Of a DNA stretch of 64,000 nucleotides, positions 57,601-64,000 are shown piece by piece. The notes under the pieces were generated by a model. That model ran no database searches, had not been told where the DNA came from, and worked only from the letters and a program-made list of their open reading frames with translations. Source of the stretch: Raillietiella orientalis. Taxonomy: Eukaryota. Each line of letters opens with the position of its first letter. Position 1 is the first letter of the stretch. The stretch lies in the NCBI GenBank assembly GCA_036172245.1, contig JAYWIR010000022.1, positions 1-64,000 on the forward strand. The letters are read 5' to 3'. A program made the translations under genes and the position numbers.

Positions 57601-60600
57601 CATGTACATCTGACCCTAACTTCCTACTCCTCACAAAGGGCAAAAGAGTCGTGACCTAAAGGTACTACAAACTCTGTTGAAAAAGAGTATAGGATACCAA
57701 AAGACTTTTTTGAACGGTTGTAACCATTGGATAGATATTTGTTAAAGGAAAGAATTTAATTTACTCCATTGCTAGTTAAATTGAGGAAAACGTAAATAAG
57801 TATAAGATTCAAATGTGAGTGAATTATATTAAGAGTACGTGGGAGTGTTTGAGGTATACGGTCATTTATAGTTTTCTAATATAAAGATAAATGTATATTG
57901 GAAAGACAAAATTAGATTCTCTTCGATTTGTGAATGTCATAAGTATACAGAATATTAATACATCTATTAATGTATATAATGCATAACATAGTAAGGACTG
58001 GGGAAATAAAAATACACTCAAGAGTTGTCAAAAATAGAATGAGGTAGAAGTAAAAGTGTGCTTGAGAGCTTAAATTTTTGTATATGATTTAATATTGAAG
58101 CAGAGAGAAAACACGAGTTTGTAGTCTTTAATTGCAAAATAGAGTGTTGTAAAGTAATACTGTGGGCAAATTGTTAGATTCCCTATACGTTACTCATTTG
58201 ATAATGAGGATTTGTTTTTGAGTCAACAACACAGTAATTGCAAGCCAATTCCTTTCCATGAAGGTGATTCTTGACTGTTCGTATGTATCACTGCTGAAAC
58301 CTCTGGTGAGGATATGCAACAGCAACAAAACACAGCCTCAATTGACTCTATGCTTTGTTCCATCGAGGAAATGAGATTTAAGGGCAGCGAAGAGCAAGAT
58401 GTAACGAAATTGTTTCCAGGTTTTCTTGTTAAGCTAAGGAATCAATAATTGATACTGATCACTCAGAATATCAGAAAAAAGCAAAAAAATTTTTCTTTCA
58501 AGTTTCACACTGTGCCACTTGTTATTCATTTTATTTTTCCAGTAGCTCGTCTTAATCCCTATGGGCTTGGTAGAAAATTTGCTGCATTCCGACGAGATGG
58601 TCCTGGAAAAGCTTTCAGTTTGAATTAATTGTCAGAAACTTTACATTCGACTTCACATGATTTCCGATTTTTGTACGCTTTGGCTGCAACTCACGCGTTG
58701 ACCAGGTCACAGTCTTACTAGGTTACACTGGAGCGTTATCAACAAAAGTAAGCATATAACTGTGGAAAATGAGTTCCTGCTACGAACAAAAGTTTATTCG
58801 GGATGGACCTTTGTGTTCAGCGAATCTGCATACAGAGATCGAGAGGAAGAGGGAAAGGGACTCAGTGAAAAAAGAAAAGAGAGGAAAGGGATCTTTTGTT
58901 TTAGCTACTCCGAGCCTTCTGTGGACTGAGATACACCCTATTTGCGGATTTTTCTACAAAGGTGGTCCACCTCGCCACATTCTTCATCAGCGAAGTTACT
59001 TTGAGAGGGGCATTTCTTGGCTACTGGTGAGTTTCACTCTCGTAGAGGACCGTCACAGTGCCACGGACGCAGCACAAGGTCGTGGTCTCAGTGGCAGACG
59101 AGTCCTCTTCTCATGAAGAAAAATCCCGAGGGATGTCCTGCGGATGCAAGAGCGCTGTCACTAGGCGTGTCCATCTGCAACAGAATGTGCTGAATTCCAT
59201 CAGCAGCTATGGAAACTATTCGATCGTCCCGCACTTAATGCAGTTAGAAGCGATGTTCTCCCCAAATATTAGGTGTTGGCGTTGTTTACACCGGGGATCC
59301 AGGGTAAAAAAAAGCATCACCTCAGAACGCCAGCTGGGAAGAACCACAGAGGCGTCTAAATACAGGGAGGGGACCATAAGTTCCTCTGGAAGCACACAAG
59401 AAGCCACATGAATGTGAACAACTTTTTCGCAATATCTTAAGACTTGATTGTTTACCAATGTCTGCTGAAATGGTGAAGAGATTTTCCCGGAAACTGATTA
59501 TTCTCGAAATCATACTGACTCTGTAATACGCAAATAACGTCTTTTCAACCTGCTGTTTCATTTAAGACAGTTGTTACTTGGGCTTTCGTCTTCCGTGATC
59601 GAAAACAAGTTTCCCAGTCAAAAATTTTCCTATTTCTCGGCATGTGTCTGCTTCTACAGGTGTACGGTTGATGTCAGAAGTTCTCCATAATAAGGATCTG
59701 CTAGTCCATTGACAGTCTTCGGTGAAAAGACAATAGGAAATTCTGTTGGAAGAAACACCAGTGGAACCGGGGTGCTGATTTGACTCGTTTGTACTTTGCC
59801 ATACTTTGGCTGTTTTGCAAGTCTGCCCTATATGCCACCCCCATGCTACAGACTGATCGAATCTCGGGCAGGGATGCAGCTTGAGAGAGGCATGTGCCAC
59901 ACCTCTCTTTGACTGGGAAATGCCATGCAGACGTCGGACCCTTCCGAGAACGAGGGCTCTTTGACTTCCAGTTCGCTGCTGATCGTTGATGCTGGCGGAG
60001 GATCGCCGTGATGAACTTGGAATCTATGTGTTGCCGTCTGTTTGTTCCAATGAAGTACGAATGGCTGATACAAATGTTCCTCAACGACATCTTTGGCTGC
60101 AGAGAATTAATTATCATACAAAGTTAAAGCTTTCCAGGAATTACGTAAGAATGGCTTGTTCGTTGTTGTTGTTTTTTTCATCTTAGAGTGAGAGGAGTGT
60201 AGTTTGTTTTCTCAAGCATGGGTCGGAAGACATGGTTCATTCATTTTTTTTTTAAAAAAAAGGAAATCCTGGCAAAAAAAAAAAAAGCTCAGATTCAAAC
60301 AAAAACTATTTGGACTCGTGAAGTGTTGCTTTCAATTTATAGACTTTCCCAGTTTTATGAAACTTTCAACATGAACAAACTATGAATTGTCAAAACTTCA
60401 TGTCGTACCAATTATTAGTTTAAATATATGGATGCATGTGCAGCTCTCTATAGCTGTGTTTTGTAGGGGAGGAAGAAAAAAAAAAAAAACAGTAGTTGAG
60501 GGATGGAATGCAACTGGTAATCGATTAGGTATCATAAAATTCATCTCACTAGCCTTAATGCATTCAAGTTATATCTTTGCATGTTCATGTTATGTAGTGA

Positions 60601-61330
60601 ACACAAGTATGTTACATCAGTTTTGTACCTGCAGGTGTTTTTACAAGATGTTCAGTTCATTCAAGGAGTTGACTGAAGTTTGATGTATGTAAAAGGAAAA
60701 GTCTTTGATTTAGTCAAAACACCCAAATGGTGTTTCAAGTTTAGTGCAGCTTGATGCAAATTTAATTAGTCTTTGTAAAAAGTGCCACATGCAACGCAAA
60801 AAGAAAAGAAACTCCATCGAAAAGAACTACTTTCGTAATCATAAGAAAGAAAAAGTCCAAAGTTGATGCCAAGAGTTTGTGTAAAAGCTCTGCACATGTT
60901 TTTCCTGATAACTGAGGAGCAAAACAAGACCATGAACTTCAAGAAATTAGAAATGTAAAGATTGCACCCAAATAATAATCACATTCATCCATTCAATTCC
61001 TGAATTTGTAAGGCATGATTGTTTTATGAGCTTTATAAAACTCACCTTAAGGAACACACTGAATTTGCTACTATGTGAAATGTACAAAAGGGGACAGAAT
61101 CCATTTTCGTTTCTTAATGAAATGAAGTTACGTTTCCTAGATGTAGTCTATTGAAATGGTGCAATTCCTTGTTCTCAAATGGTTTCTGGTTGACATGGTG
61201 TACTTTTGACTACAATAGAATAGAATTGTTTGTATACTACCAGTGGTCTTTGAGAAGTTGCATTTGCAGACAATAATTAATTTGATCCATATGCTTAGAT
61301 TTCATTCATTGTATTTCTTTTTTGTTGCAG

Positions 61331-61471
61331 ATCTTTGGAAGAGGAAGAAACTGTAAATATGTGGGTCCTATAAGCAACTATACATATTTGTCCTTAAAGA
61401 GTGGTTTTGTTTCCAGAATTCATTGTGCTTTGACTGTTTCAGAACAGGATGTATTGTTAAGTGATCTTGGT
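61331..61471 (+). CDS. Host gene exon: N-terminal half of an FHA domain
   Basis: IFGRG...VSRIHC...SDLG; polypyrimidine-CAG acceptor and GTAAGT donor. Confidence 0.8.
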
Positions 61472-61603
61472 GTAAGTAAATGGTATATTTCTATTCTTCT
61501 TAATGAAATGGATTTTATTTTATTCATCTCCGAAGTTTTTGAAAGACAGGCATTCATTTAGCTATAACATGATAAAGGTCAATCCAATTTTAATTTTAAG
61601 CAG

Positions 61604-61765
61604 AGCCTGAATGGTACATGGGTTGATGGAAAGAAGATCAAGCCTCACGTAGCTGTTCAGTTGAGTTTGGGAAATCAGATTGGCATAGGTGTCCCCAACA
61701 ATCATGCTGACATTCAAACCTGTTACTATATCTATGTTGTTCGAAGTCGATCACAGCTCATCCAG
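61604..61765 (+). CDS. Host gene exon: C-terminal half of an FHA domain (RNF8-like spacing)
   Basis: SLNGTWVDGKKIKPHVAVQLSLGNQIGIGVP; phase-0 AG/GT boundaries. Confidence 0.8.
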
Positions 61766-61817
61766 GTAGAAAATTGTATTTAAGTTTGCATCTTGACTGG
61801 CATTGGTCATTCTTCAG

Positions 61818-63326
61818 CAAGAAAGTGCTGATTCATCTACTGAGAAATATGAGTCTCCGGAATTGTTAGATCTTTTAGATGATGGAGAAAATGCCAGTGA
61901 ACAAATAAGGAAGATACTAGTGCAAGAACTTTATAGCAGCATCAAGTGGAACCTGCAAGCACAGCATACCACATCTACCCATCAGAATGGTGAAACTTGT
62001 CTTTCTGGACAGTGCTCACCCAAAGAGGTGCAACCTTGCTCAGAAATTCATAACTCATGTGTAACTGATAAAACAAAGAGCCAAGATGATTTGAAGCATG
62101 GTGTTTTTAAAGGAAAGAGAAGGAACTTGATTTGTTCTCAGAAGCAGGGTGCTTGCAAAACTGAAGTCCAGAACCATAGTGAAAAACGAAAGAAATTTGT
62201 TGCTACTCCTTCCTTAAGTACAATGAATTTTTCTTGCTTAGGAAAGCATGTGTCATGCTTATCAGGAAGGACTAGCACAGGAGATCTTAAAGAAATACCG
62301 GAATGCAGCAAGAAAGATGCATCACATCTTGAGACAGAAGCCAAAAAGCATAAACATCTTAATAATGATTACTTTAAGGTATCCAGTGATGTTAAGAAGC
62401 AGAATAAAGAAAAGCCTTTGCAATCAGCAGAACAGGAGGCAAAAATGAATGTTATTGGTATCCCACCTGGAGATCAAGAAAAACCAGTGGCAGTCATGCT
62501 TGATGTTCCAGTGGTATCCTACAATAGGAAAGTCAGTGATTGTTCGAAACTCTCATTTGGTGTGCGTAGCAGTATACTGTGTCATGCAGATGGTAAATGT
62601 GAGTCAGACAATAGAAAAAAAAAATCCAATAAAATTAGTGATACGAAGTTGAGTGCTTTTCATCATCCCCAGCGAGATTATATTCAGAGCAAAAATAATC
62701 ACTTTAGTGAAATGAAAAGTGTGAAGGTAAGAAAGTGTGACCCCCGGACAGCAGCAGTGGAAGAGCCCCTAAAAAAGTGTGTTCGCACCAGAGATCAAAG
62801 AAGAAATGAAATGGTCCATTTGGTTTCTACAAACGAAAAGGTTAATCATTCGGATGGTTTTATCCAAGAAATAGAAGAACCTTTGTATTGTGATAATGAA
62901 AATGCCTTGGGGTCCACATGTTGCATTACTGACAGAATTGCTCCAGAGGTGAATCATAGGATGGACTGCAAGACCCAAAGCTTGTATCTGGATACAAGGA
63001 GCAGCTCAAGAAAGTGTAAAAACAGGAAATCGTACTCAAAGAAGATCAGGCCATTCCAGCCCCTGTTGTCATCCAAAGATATAAATATAGATCCTAGGAT
63101 TGTAGGAAACAGTTGTGATGCAGAAGAATCAACCAGTATGATCAGTTCAGTCAGTGCATTATGTAATGATGCTCTCAGCTCTAAACCTTGCATCCAATTG
63201 CAGAGATTTTCATGGGAATGTGCTTTCAAAAGGGGTCAATATGGGCACATGGGGAATTCTCAGAACAACTCTGAAAAAAAAGAAAAAATGAGAAACTGCA
63301 TGCAGACAGAATTGATGAGACAGTGA
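61818..63326 (+). CDS. Host gene long exon (low-complexity, Lys/Ser-rich) of the FHA-domain protein; 3' boundary uncertain
   Basis: In frame after a 52-nt GT-AG intron (61766-61817); ~500 open codons; possible donor GTGAGT at 63323. Confidence 0.7.
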   Translation, partial: QESADSSTEKYESPELLDLLDDGENASEQIRKILVQELYSSIKWNLQAQHTTSTHQNGETCLSGQCSPKEVQPCSEIHNSCVTDKTKSQDDLKHGVFKGKRRNLICSQKQGACKTEVQNHSEKRKKFVATPSLSTMNFSCLGKHVSCLSGRTSTGDLKEIPECSKKDASHLETEAKKHKHLNNDYFKVSSDVKKQNKEKPLQSAEQEAKMNVIGIPPGDQEKPVAVMLDVPVVSYNRKVSDCSKLSFGVRSSILCHADGKCESDNRKKKSNKISDTKLSAFHHPQRDYIQSKNNHFSEMKSVKVRKCDPRTAAVEEPLKKCVRTRDQRRNEMVHLVSTNEKVNHSDGFIQEIEEPLYCDNENALGSTCCITDRIAPEVNHRMDCKTQSLYLDTRSSSRKCKNRKSYSKKIRPFQPLLSSKDINIDPRIVGNSCDAEESTSMISSVSALCNDALSSKPCIQLQRFSWECAFKRGQYGHMGNSQNNSEKKEKMRNCMQTELMRQ

Positions 63327-64000
63327 GTGGAGGTATGTTACACTACTTGGTTACTGGCGTTGACCATACTTCAATATCCTTGTTTTCACCCAATGCAAGG
63401 AAACACATGAAATTGCATGAGCTACACCTGAACACATTTGTACCAGTGATTCTCTTGGAAGCAAGTATGCAGAAAACAGCAGTTACAGTAAAGTGAGAAT
63501 GAAACACTAGTATTGTGCTGGGATTTTTACATGAATCAGTAGCACATGTGGCTGACTGAATTATCTCAGATTAATGGTGCCCAAATAACTTTTGTTTTTT
63601 TTTGTTGAATGTATTTCTATTAATGGAGTTTTTCCAGCCAGCAGTAAGTTGACCTCACACCAATGGGCTGAAAACTCTGTAAAGAAATCAGCTAAATTAA
63701 AGGCGGGATTTTAAATTTTAGCAAATTTGATTTGTTGCAATTAGATTTATTTTTCTTTAACAGTCAGACATGTTCATCTGTGTGCACGCTGATAATTAGA
63801 AGAATTACGAAAGCTGCCGCCCGTTTGAAGTAAATTATCTGTATCTCATAAACAAAGCATCAGAATACATTAGGACCTTAACCTACACAAAATCTTATAT
63901 GGAACAACTGCAATTATCGACACGGTGTTAAAAATGTTTATAGTATGAAGCCAGCTTTTCTGATGAGCATTATCAATCTTATCGTGCGAGCGATCGTTGT

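Noticed and set aside
58700..60200. Short ORFs on both strands upstream of the FHA gene
   Set aside because: No recognisable motifs; cannot distinguish exons from decayed repeats
61331..63326. Assigning the symbol RNF8 to the FHA gene
   Set aside because: FHA spacing is similar, but no RING domain is visible in the window, so orthology is unsupported
1..64000. U2 snRNA, tRNA or rRNA target genes (Keno, Dewa or Utopia-type targets), CRISPR arrays, or prokaryotic retron/DGR systems
   Set aside because: No such RNA genes or repeat-spacer arrays were recognised by eye; the RTs are clearly of the eukaryotic non-LTR type

Overview
Eukaryotic genomic DNA, probably from an invertebrate (inferred from short GT-AG introns and the types of viral and retroelement remnants). 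There are three zones. (1) ~1-43.3 kb is a GC-rich nest of roughly 17 full or partial L1/Tx1-clade non-LTR retrotransposons (ORF1 with CCHC knuckles; ORF2 with APE endonuclease, YADD reverse transcriptase and a C-terminal Cys/His motif). They are inserted into one another, mostly antisense into ORF2. One copy (19066-24537) is full length with a 12-bp TSD. The family has unusual conserved features: a 3' end made of AATAAA plus a GC hairpin with almost no poly(A), a hairpin over the ORF1-stop/ORF2-start junction (TAATG, or no AUG at all), a 5' GGACGTGT motif, and a shortened endonuclease. (2) ~42.4-50.7 kb is a co-oriented cluster of probable endogenous viral elements from three virus types: two independently acquired qinvirus-like nucleoprotein copies, a CRESS-DNA Rep with a putative 40-nt intron, and a partiti-like capsid. 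An R2-superfamily (NeSL/Utopia-like) RT fragment sits among them. The arrangement resembles a small-RNA trap/memory locus. (3) ~52-64 kb is AT-rich and holds a decayed L1-like element, a short poly(A) retro-insertion with TSD, and exons of a host FHA-domain gene. All family assignments come from motif recognition only; no database searches were run. Letter labels (A-R) are my own copy names.
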